From Desulfobacterales bacterium (lineage in GTDB: Bacteria > Desulfobacterota > Desulfobacteria > Desulfobacterales > JAHDSC01), in assembly GCA_040769985.1 (NCBI GenBank), contig JAXGJZ010000001.1, forward strand, positions 134,718 through 198,717: DNA of 64,000 nt, in the 5' to 3' direction. The position numbers and the translations under genes are program-made. The notes below the pieces were generated by a model. The model was given only the letters and a program-made list of their open reading frames with translations. It was not told the DNA's origin and ran no database searches. Shown here piece by piece: positions 47,197 through 55,236 of the stretch (positions within the stretch are counted from its first letter, which is position 1; the number at the start of each line of letters is the position of its first letter).

Positions 47197-48591
47197 ATGA
47201 AGGATATCCCGAAAATTTCATCGAAGAAATTTAAATTGTATTCTCGTAATAATATGCACGAAATCAAGCCGTTAAACGATATACCGGAATACCTGCTTGC
47301 CAAGATCAAGGCGGTATCGATGGTACTTCCCTTCCGAGCAAACAACTATGTGGTCGAAGAGTTGATCGACTGGGATAATATTCCGTTCGACCCGATTTTT
47401 CAGTTGACGTTTCCACAACCCGACATGCTTCCCAGAGATGATCTTGAAAAAATAAGCCAATTGTTGAAAAAAGGGGCTTCGGAAAAAAGTATTGCTGCTG
47501 CATCAAGAAAAATTCAAATGCGTATGAATCCTCATCCTGCAGGCCAGATGGAACTGAACGTTCCGATCAAGGATGGCAAAGCATTAAAAGGAATACAGCA
47601 TAAGTACCGGGAAACCGTTCTATTTTTCCCGAGCCAGGGACAAACCTGCCATGCATACTGCACATATTGCTTTCGATGGCCTCAATTTGTAGGGCTTGAA
47701 AAGCTCAAATTTTCCAGTAGTGACATTTTTCCCCTTATCAATTACCTGCGCAATCATAAGGAGGTGACGGATGTTCTATTTACCGGTGGAGATCCTTTGA
47801 CGATGAGCGCGAAAATGCTTGGATCATACATTGGGCCTTTGATCGCAGATAAGCCGGAAAATATTTCAACCCTTCGGATTGGATCCAAGGTTCCTGCTTA
47901 CTGGCCTTATCGTTTTTTAACCGACAGGGATGCCGATGACCTTCTGCGTCTGTTTGAGCGGGTTGTAAAAAGCGGATTACATTTGGCAATCATGTATCAT
48001 TCCACTCATCCTCGGGAACTTGAGACCGTCGCTGGGCAATCCGCAATCCAGCGAATTTTGAGCACCGGCGCCACGGTTCGTTGTCAGAGTCCGATAATCC
48101 GGAATGTGAACGACAAACCAGAAATATGGGCTGATTTATGGCGGAAACAGGTTTGTTTGGGAGCGATTCCTTATTATATGTTTATCGGTCGGGATACAGG
48201 TCCAAAAGATTACTTCAAGATTCCGCTTGCAAAAGCTTATGAGATTTTTACTGAAGCTTACAGAAGAGTTTCCGGTCTTTGCCGAACGGTTAGAGGACCC
48301 TTGATGTCTGCTACGCCGGGAAAGGTTCTCATCAGCGGGATTGCCGAAATCGGCAATAAGAAGCACCTTGCTCTTAAATTCATTCAAGGCCGTGACCCGA
48401 TATGGGCAAACCGGATATTTTTTGCGGAGTATAGTGAAAACGCCTACTGGCTTGATGATCTGAGGCCCTCTTTCGAAAAAGCGCAATTCTTTTTTGAACC
48501 AACCATTCGTCAAATGAAATCACGAAAAGAGATCTTGGCTATTAAAAAAAAGCATTTTTTTGATTCGCATTTTGGATCGGAATGTGCGTAA
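47197..48591 (+). CDS. KamA-family radical SAM protein (lysine 2,3-aminomutase-like)
   Basis: CHAYCTYCFRW CxxxCxxC cluster motif. FTGGDPL. An N-terminal region typical of aminomutase-like proteins (FDPIFQLTFPQ). GGAGG RBS. Confidence 0.75.
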   Translation: MKDIPKISSKKFKLYSRNNMHEIKPLNDIPEYLLAKIKAVSMVLPFRANNYVVEELIDWDNIPFDPIFQLTFPQPDMLPRDDLEKISQLLKKGASEKSIAAASRKIQMRMNPHPAGQMELNVPIKDGKALKGIQHKYRETVLFFPSQGQTCHAYCTYCFRWPQFVGLEKLKFSSSDIFPLINYLRNHKEVTDVLFTGGDPLTMSAKMLGSYIGPLIADKPENISTLRIGSKVPAYWPYRFLTDRDADDLLRLFERVVKSGLHLAIMYHSTHPRELETVAGQSAIQRILSTGATVRCQSPIIRNVNDKPEIWADLWRKQVCLGAIPYYMFIGRDTGPKDYFKIPLAKAYEIFTEAYRRVSGLCRTVRGPLMSATPGKVLISGIAEIGNKKHLALKFIQGRDPIWANRIFFAEYSENAYWLDDLRPSFEKAQFFFEPTIRQMKSRKEILAIKKKHFFDSHFGSECA

Positions 48592-48661
48592 CATCCAACC
48601 GAATCCGTAAAAAAAGAAAGAAGGGGAAAAGCCAAAAAAACGCCACAAGAACATTTTTCAT

Positions 48662-48692
48662 GGAGTACTGAAAACAGTGCTCCTTTTTTTTT
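48662..48692 (+). terminator. Rho-independent terminator after the KamA-family gene
   Basis: GGAGTACTG-AAAA-CAGTGCTCC forms a 9-bp stem with one G-U pair. It is followed by ten T residues. Confidence 0.8.
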
Positions 48693-48923
48693 GAGAGTTG
48701 CCGATTGTAACATTCGCGAACGGAAAAATATGGATCTGCCGGAAGTTAAATTTTTTCATGAAGAAAAAGGGCTGATAGGATCCCAAAATCATTTTTTTTA
48801 AAATGCATATAATTATAGCGCAACGACTTTTGAAAACATCAACGCGATTTTCCCACTCGTTTCGGTGAAAACGAGAGAATTCAGGTGCCTTTTCATTCGT
48901 ATTATGCGAAGCAAAAATAAATC

Positions 48924-48939
48924 TGGCACATGGCTTGCA
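48924..48939 (+). promoter_or_regulatory. Sigma-54 (-24/-12) promoter
   Basis: cTGGCACatggcTTGCAg matches the consensus TGGCAC-N5-TTGCW exactly. It lies about 320 nt upstream of the protease gene start at 49258. Confidence 0.6.
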
Positions 48940-49257
48940 GCGTGTATGGTAAAATACACTGGCTGAAAAATTAAAATATTTTGAATAAAGCGATTGAATC
49001 CGATTCGATTTGGGATGGATTTTTTCTTTTTATTTGCATTATTTAACGGTTTGTATTAAATTACCATATTTATTTTGAAACATTATTTCACATGCATCAA
49101 AAAGCCCCTCTGCGTGTATGATTAAAGCTCCCGGCGAACCTTGGTGAATGCGCGTTTTTTTGCGGTTCGGGGACAAGAGGGGACCATTCCTCGTTTCGTT
49201 TTTTATGAGAGTTGCAGGGCAGGGAACGGCCCCAAAAAGGGAGCGAATCGAAAGGAT

Positions 49258-49764
49258 ATGCGACATTTTTTTTCATTGATTGTCGGTTTGGTCTGTCTGC
49301 CCATGATTGCGCAGCCTCTTCTTTGCAGGGACAAACAGGTTGTCGGATGGCTGGAAGAGGTTAAAATTTATCCCGGGAATCTTATTCTTAAAGCCAAACT
49401 GGACACCGGCGCAAAAAATTGCTCACTGAATGCGCAAAATATTGTTGAGTTTGAACGAGATGGTGAAAAATGGGTTCGATTCGAAATTGTCAGACATTCC
49501 GGCGATTATGTGACTTTGGAGGGCAAAGTGCTGCGACTGGCAAAAATCAAAATGCGGGAAGGGGAGCCTCAAAAACGTATCGTCGTTTCCCTTGGAATTT
49601 GCCTGGGAAGTCTGTTTAAGGAAGCCGAGGTTAATTTGACAAACCGAAGCCATTTCAATTATCCGATGTTGATCGGCCGCACATTTATAGAAAACGATTT
49701 TATAATTGATCCTTCGCTGAAATATAGCGTCAAACCAAACTGCTCCGGGGTATTCAGCCGTTGA
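49258..49764 (+). CDS. Retropepsin-like aspartyl protease (annotated family name: putative ATP-dependent zinc protease, RimB-like), with a signal peptide
   Basis: The ATG at 49258 gives MRHFFSLIVGLVCLPMIAQPLLC. LKAKLDTGAKNCSLNA carries the D-T-G-A active-site signature. The length and beta-rich sequence fit the Zn_protease/DUF785 family. Confidence 0.7.
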   Translation: MRHFFSLIVGLVCLPMIAQPLLCRDKQVVGWLEEVKIYPGNLILKAKLDTGAKNCSLNAQNIVEFERDGEKWVRFEIVRHSGDYVTLEGKVLRLAKIKMREGEPQKRIVVSLGICLGSLFKEAEVNLTNRSHFNYPMLIGRTFIENDFIIDPSLKYSVKPNCSGVFSR

Positions 49765-51284
49765 ACCGACTTCATTTGTTTTTCGTGGCTTTGTTTCTTA
49801 CGATTATTGGATTCGGCCTGTTTTTGTACAAGTTCCTGATGTTGGATTTTCCATTGGTGCCCGATGAAAATGCCTATACGTGGAATATAGAAGCCCATAT
49901 CGGCTTTAATGCCGGATTTAAACCGATCAAAGTCTCATTGTTTCTTCCGCAAAATACAAATAATTTTACCATCGTAAACGAAAATTTTATTTCCAGGGGT
50001 TATGGAATTAATACCATGACCAAGGATTTCAATCGTATCGCCAGTTGGTCGATCCGCAGGACAACAGGACCGCAGGATTTATATTACAGCGCCATGGTGC
50101 GACGGGTGAATAAAAAGAAAAAATATGTTTCCATGATCCCACCGGAGATTGAAAACCCGAATTTTGAAGGTGCTTATCTTGAGGCCGCTGAATCTCTCAT
50201 TGCGGAAATCCGCGCGAAATCAGCAGACACGGGAAGCTTTGTAGCAGAGTTGCTCAAACGGATTACCGATCCACAACCGGATTACAACGTGAGCCTGCTT
50301 TTAGGAAAGCAGGCTTCAAAACCAAAGATGATTGATTTGGCGGTTCGATTGTTTTCAAAGGCAGGCATACCCACCCGAAGCGTCCATGGAATCCACCTGA
50401 GAGAGCATGCGCGCAATATTCCACTGGCCCATTGGCTGGAGGTCTATGATAATAATGAATGGCAGTTTTATGACCCGGTTTCCGGGAGTACCGGAATTCC
50501 TGACGATTTCCTGGTTTGGTGGAGAGGAGAAGAACCTTTGGCTACTTTAGAGGGGGGGAAGAATCTTAGCATCGCGCTCTCGACACTTCTCAGCCAAGAA
50601 GAGGCGATCTATTCCGCCGTCGAACGCGAAAGAATCAAAAAACCCCTCCTGCTGAAATTTTCTTTATTTGATCTGCCGATTCAAACTCAGGCGGTTTATC
50701 GCATACTGCTGGTGGTGCCGGTAGGCGCACTTCTACTGGTTATTTTACGGAATATCGTAGGCTTAAAGACCTTTGGAACTTTCATGCCGGTGCTTATCGC
50801 TCTCGCATTTCGAGAAACGGAACTGTTTTATGGCATTATCCTTTTCACGATACTGATTGCGCTCGGCATGAGCATACGTTTATATCTCGAACATTTGAAA
50901 TTACTTCTTGTGCCTCGATTGGCTTCGGTGCTTATCGTCGTGATTTTATTAATGGTGGGATTAAGCATATTGACTCATGAACTTGGATTGGGCCGCGGGA
51001 TTTCGGTGGCATTGTTTCCTATGGTGATTTTGACCATGACCATTGAAAGGATGTCCATCGAGTGGGAAGAGGTCGGTCCCTTCGAAGCTTTTCAACAAGC
51101 GGTAGGCAGCTTGATCGCCGCAACCTTGGCTTATCTGGTTATGACTACCAAGTACGTGGAGCATCTGGTCTTTGTCTTTCCGGAACTCCTCTTGGTCCTG
51201 CTTGCCCTGACTCTTCTAATGGGGCGTTATTCCGGTTATCGTTTGTTCGAACTGAGACGTTTCAAAGAGTTGAGTCGAAAATAA
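49761..51284 (+). CDS. Inactive-transglutaminase-like domain fused to a 7-TM module
   Basis: N-terminal TM. A soluble region of about 280 aa resembling transglutaminase cores (AVRLFSKAGIPTRSVHG...WLEVYDNNEWQFYDP) with no obvious catalytic Cys. About seven hydrophobic helices follow. The TTG start overlaps the upstream stop (TTGA). Confidence 0.7.
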   Translation: MNRLHLFFVALFLTIIGFGLFLYKFLMLDFPLVPDENAYTWNIEAHIGFNAGFKPIKVSLFLPQNTNNFTIVNENFISRGYGINTMTKDFNRIASWSIRRTTGPQDLYYSAMVRRVNKKKKYVSMIPPEIENPNFEGAYLEAAESLIAEIRAKSADTGSFVAELLKRITDPQPDYNVSLLLGKQASKPKMIDLAVRLFSKAGIPTRSVHGIHLREHARNIPLAHWLEVYDNNEWQFYDPVSGSTGIPDDFLVWWRGEEPLATLEGGKNLSIALSTLLSQEEAIYSAVERERIKKPLLLKFSLFDLPIQTQAVYRILLVVPVGALLLVILRNIVGLKTFGTFMPVLIALAFRETELFYGIILFTILIALGMSIRLYLEHLKLLLVPRLASVLIVVILLMVGLSILTHELGLGRGISVALFPMVILTMTIERMSIEWEEVGPFEAFQQAVGSLIAATLAYLVMTTKYVEHLVFVFPELLLVLLALTLLMGRYSGYRLFELRRFKELSRK

Positions 51285-51412
51285 TCCTGCCGAAATCAGG
51301 ACATATTTTGATACATCCGCTTGGCAATATGTTTAGATGGATGGACTTCTCGTCGCTTGAACGGATTACAGGTTCAAAAAACCGGCTTTGAATCAAATTA
51401 TTTGAGTTGCTG

Positions 51413-52381
51413 ATGTTTAGAATAGCCAGAAATTTATATCGGGAAGGTGTGTTGGGCATCAACAGACGAAACGCTGAATATACGTTACGATATAATGAAC
51501 GGCGATTATACCCGCTGGTAGATGATAAAGTGCATACCAAAAAAATTGCAATCGCCGCCGGGCTTGCCGTCCCCGAACTTTATGGCGTGATTGAAACTCC
51601 ATATCAGATACGTACCTTGGATGCCGTTCTTGAGTCTCATCCCGACTTTGCATTAAAGCCGTCCAGAGGGTCCGGCGGCAACGGAATCCTGGTCATTTCA
51701 GGACGTTCGAAGAATTTATACCGCAAAATAAGCGGGATTTTAATGACCCGGGATGAACTGAAGTATCATGCTTCCAATATCCTAAGCGGGATGTACAGCC
51801 TCGGAGGACATCCGGACAGGGCCATGATTGAATACCGGGTCAGGTTTGATCCGGTGTTTGAGGCCATCAGCTATCAGGGCGTTCCGGACATCCGTATCAT
51901 TGTTTTTCTTGGAGTGCCGGTAATGTCGATGGTCCGTTTACCGACCCGCAAATCCGACGGCAGGGCCAACTTGCATCAGGGCGCAATTGGTGCCGGAATC
52001 GATATCGGAACCGGTATTACACTTACAGCCGTTTCCGGAAATGAAATCGTAACCGAACACCCGGATACCGGCAATAAAATTACCGGTGTAAAGATTCCGA
52101 AATGGGACACCCTGCTGAAGCTTGCCGCACAATGCTATGAACTTACCGGGCTTGGATATGTCGGAGTGGATATCGTTCTCGATAAATTCAAAGGTCCTCT
52201 GATACTGGAGCTTAACGCACGTCCCGGGCTAAATATCCAGATCGCCAATCGTGCCGGTCTGCTTCCTCGTTTGAAGTTGATTGAACAACTTCAGAACAGA
52301 ACAAATAGTATTGAAGAGCGGGTTTCCTATGCGAAAAAACACTTTGCAACCGATCAAATATCTCGGATAGAGAAAATATAA
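51413..52381 (+). CDS. RimK-related ATP-grasp ligase (alpha-L-glutamate ligase-related protein)
   Basis: GVLGINRRNAEYTLRYNERRLYPLVDDKVHTKKIAIAAGLAVPELYGVI...ALKPSRGSGGNGILVI...GYVGVDIVLD...LILELNARPGLNIQ is the characteristic N-terminus and ATP-grasp core of this family. Confidence 0.75.
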   Translation: MFRIARNLYREGVLGINRRNAEYTLRYNERRLYPLVDDKVHTKKIAIAAGLAVPELYGVIETPYQIRTLDAVLESHPDFALKPSRGSGGNGILVISGRSKNLYRKISGILMTRDELKYHASNILSGMYSLGGHPDRAMIEYRVRFDPVFEAISYQGVPDIRIIVFLGVPVMSMVRLPTRKSDGRANLHQGAIGAGIDIGTGITLTAVSGNEIVTEHPDTGNKITGVKIPKWDTLLKLAAQCYELTGLGYVGVDIVLDKFKGPLILELNARPGLNIQIANRAGLLPRLKLIEQLQNRTNSIEERVSYAKKHFATDQISRIEKI

Positions 52382-52945
52382 GCCATCGCAAAAAATCGGC
52401 TTTTCCGGATTTACTGTTTTCAGCAGATCCCCTTATCACGGTTTTGCTGTTTCAATTCCGATACGATCCTTCATGGGTCGCGGCAAATGAATCACCCTCT
52501 GATCCATTTTGGATGAAACATTTGCAAGAAAAGCCGAAATCATTGGACCAGATAAATCAGGTTGCAATCATCTTCAGTATCCAGCGAATGATCAGTGGAT
52601 GGATAAATGACAATCTGCAAACCTTCCCTCAACCGGATGATCACACCTCGCGAAACCCGTCCACCTTAGGAAATGGATGCCTATCGTTTTTGACGGCTCG
52701 GCATGATATCTTGTTAAGGTTCGTAAGGAGGGAGCCGACGAATATCCCCACTTGATTAAACGGACCATCTTTACGAATATCGAGATGCTTTATCCACCGA
52801 TAAAATGAGCCATGAGTGAAAAAAGTCGAACCCGCTCGAAAAATGAATAAAAAAATCCCTATTATGCACGGAAGAACAGGAATGGAACCTCTATTTTCGG
52901 TACGCACGAAAATTTTTTCTGGACTACGTCATAAGGAGAAATAAA

Positions 52946-53623
52946 GTGGCTGAAAAGAAAAGCATACTTCTTATCGATGATCATCCTCTATTCAGAGAAG
53001 GGCTTAAATCAATTATTGGACGCGATGGCCGTTTTAACGTAGTCGGGGAGGCGGAAAATGGTCGTCATGCACTCAAGATGGTCAGGAATTTAAAACCGGA
53101 TCTGATTGTGGTTGACATATCTTTGCCGGACGTAAACGGTATTCAGTTAACGCGTGAGATTCGGAAAATTTTCTCGGAAGCAAAAATTCTGATCGTAAGC
53201 ATGCATTCCAAAATTGATTATATTGCAGAGGCATTTCAGGTGGGGGCGATGGGATACGTGGTCAAGGAATCCGCCACGGAAGGACTTCTGCAGGCGCTAA
53301 GATCGGTGGCAGAAGGTGAATATTACCTGGATAGCTCCGTTTCCCCTCAGGTAATCAGGAATCTGATGAAATTGCCGGTAAAAGAAGCTCGGATTACGGA
53401 TTCCGATTACGGTTCCCTGACGGTTAGAGAGCAGGAGGTAATGCGTATGCTTGCAGAGGGAGTTCCAAGCAAGGAAATCGCAGACAAGCTTTTTATCAGC
53501 CCAAAAACCGTTGAAAACCATAGAGCCAATATTATGAAAAAGCTGAATCTTCACAGCACAATGGATCTGGTTCGGTATGCCATCAAACTCGGTCTGATTG
53601 ATGTCGATCTGTGGAAGGATTAA
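52946..53623 (+). CDS. NarL/FixJ-family response regulator (receiver plus LuxR-type HTH)
   Basis: ILLIDDHPLFREGL...DLIVVDISLPDVNG...LTVREQEVMRMLAEGVPSKEIADKLFISPKTVENHRANIMKKL. GTG start after AAGGAG. Confidence 0.88.
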   Translation: MAEKKSILLIDDHPLFREGLKSIIGRDGRFNVVGEAENGRHALKMVRNLKPDLIVVDISLPDVNGIQLTREIRKIFSEAKILIVSMHSKIDYIAEAFQVGAMGYVVKESATEGLLQALRSVAEGEYYLDSSVSPQVIRNLMKLPVKEARITDSDYGSLTVREQEVMRMLAEGVPSKEIADKLFISPKTVENHRANIMKKLNLHSTMDLVRYAIKLGLIDVDLWKD

Positions 53624-53747
53624 AATTCGATAAGATCTTATTGATTGGAATTTGTTTTGGAAAAACGAGCCCTTCTGGCGATGGATGAAATGGAAAAATT
53701 TTATTGAAAAAAGAACCCTAAAAATAGCATTAAAGGAGATTGTGACC

Positions 53748-53948
53748 ATGTCTGAAGGAATCGTAAAGTGGTTTAATGAAAAAAAAGGATACGGCTTTAT
53801 CGAACAGGATGACGGACAAAATTTGTTTGTTCATTATTCTAACATTAATATGTCCGGCTTCAAAACCCTATCCCAAGGTGACCGGGTATGTTTTGACGTG
53901 AAAGAGGGTAACAGAGGACCTGAGGCAATGAATGTTTCTAAACTATAA
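53748..53948 (+). CDS. Cold-shock protein (CspA family)
   Basis: GIVKWFNEKKGYGFI (RNP1) and LFVHYS (RNP2). 66 aa. Confidence 0.9.
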   Translation: MSEGIVKWFNEKKGYGFIEQDDGQNLFVHYSNINMSGFKTLSQGDRVCFDVKEGNRGPEAMNVSKL

Positions 53949-54163
53949 AACGACGATCTGATAACAACACAAAGAGATCCTTTTTCCAAAAAATACAAAA
54001 CCGGAGAAAAAGAAATCGGGGCAGTTTCTCATCAAATCTGGATAAAACTTCAGCTTACGCGAGATTCAAATTTCTCGCTGCAACCATGGAATTTTCGACA
54101 CTGATGATTTTGGATCTTTTTCTTCTGTTTGGTTTGCCAATTCTACGGATAGCTAAGGGGATA

Positions 54164-54826
54164 TCATTGGGTATCGCGGTTAAAATTTTTCAACACTTCC
54201 ATTGCAAGTTTTTTCTTTTTTGTTTTCGGAGAAAAAATTCGGTATATTTGCCGTTTATAAATATCAAAACCATTGATGTAAGGCCTTTTAATCGGTCTTC
54301 CATATATACTTAGAGAGACACTGGTTTCTTCACCGGGATTTCCGATCTGATGAATTCCTTGATTTAAAGGAAGCGTAAAATCGGTTTCGCCCGGCCGCAG
54401 TTTGAACCGCTGAGTTTCCGTCAGTCTCGCATATCCTTCCCGGGGTCCATCATCTTCACGTTTGTATTTAAGGACCTCTATTTTCCCGGCAACACATCCG
54501 AAAACACCCCACGAGTTATGGTCGTGAATCGGGACAAACTCCCCTGGACCCCAGAGAAACAATCGGACCGAGAAATGGCGTCTATGATCAGCGAACAGCA
54601 TCAATTCATTATCGAACATGGTTGCCGTTCGAACGTCCGGGTAAGGATCGCCTTTTTTTATACCTTCAAAGATTTCTGCAAAAAACGGTTTGTCGCGTAG
54701 AAGATCCGGTAGTTCGTGTTTTATCAGCTCAACGCGAGATTCATCGTCGGACAACCTCTCCAGTTCTTTTGACCATCGTGAGCATTTCGAAACGAATTGT
54801 TGGGGGATTTCGGATGATAAGGTCAT
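54164..54826 (-). CDS. Cupin-fold protein, cysteine dioxygenase type I-like
   Basis: FVPIHDHNSWGVFGCVAGKIEVLKY contains an HxH metal motif in a cupin context. IHQIGNP is a distal His. Confidence 0.6.
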   Translation of the reverse strand: MTLSSEIPQQFVSKCSRWSKELERLSDDESRVELIKHELPDLLRDKPFFAEIFEGIKKGDPYPDVRTATMFDNELMLFADHRRHFSVRLFLWGPGEFVPIHDHNSWGVFGCVAGKIEVLKYKREDDGPREGYARLTETQRFKLRPGETDFTLPLNQGIHQIGNPGEETSVSLSIYGRPIKRPYINGFDIYKRQIYRIFSPKTKKKKLAMEVLKNFNRDTQ

Positions 54827-55236
54827 TGCTCTCTCGCCTCCTTAAGACGGCTTCACATAAAGCGCCCCCGGTCAGATTGTGAAAAAGTGCTGTATCCCTC
54901 GTCTTGTTTTATTTTAGGGGAGCGTTTATCCAAATCATATTGAAAATCTTCTGCATTCTTGATCCGTTTAATCACTTTTTGCGATGTGAACCGGAGATAA
55001 TCAGGGTCATGTTATGGCCTGACAAGAAATTGGATTAAAAATGCCCATCCATCCCAGATCCCTGACAGGATATATATCGTATCGCATATATGAATGAAAA
55101 CTTGAACAGTAAAGTGATTTTTTTTCCGCCCAGGCGGAAGAAAGGTTAATGCCGGTTGCCCGTTTTGGTTTTTACAATCAGCGGTAGTTCCACAACCTCC
55201 TTTTGTAACAGTCAAGGCAAAAGATCCGCTATCGGT

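Noticed and set aside
48950-49257. Possible sigma-54-dependent small RNA ending at the T-run near 49025-49035, inside the leader of the protease gene
   Set aside because: Only a weak 5-bp stem (AATCC/GGATT) precedes the T-run. This cannot be distinguished from a plain AT-rich 5' UTR without transcript data. It is noted within the triad finding instead.
55012-55215. 67-aa minus-strand ORF between the Mo oxidoreductase and cupin genes (MTVTKGGCGTTADCKNQNGQ...)
   Set aside because: It has a TTG start, and the second half of the sequence is implausible. The CCGCCTGGGCGG hairpin inside it is not followed by a T-run on either strand, so I do not call a terminator either.
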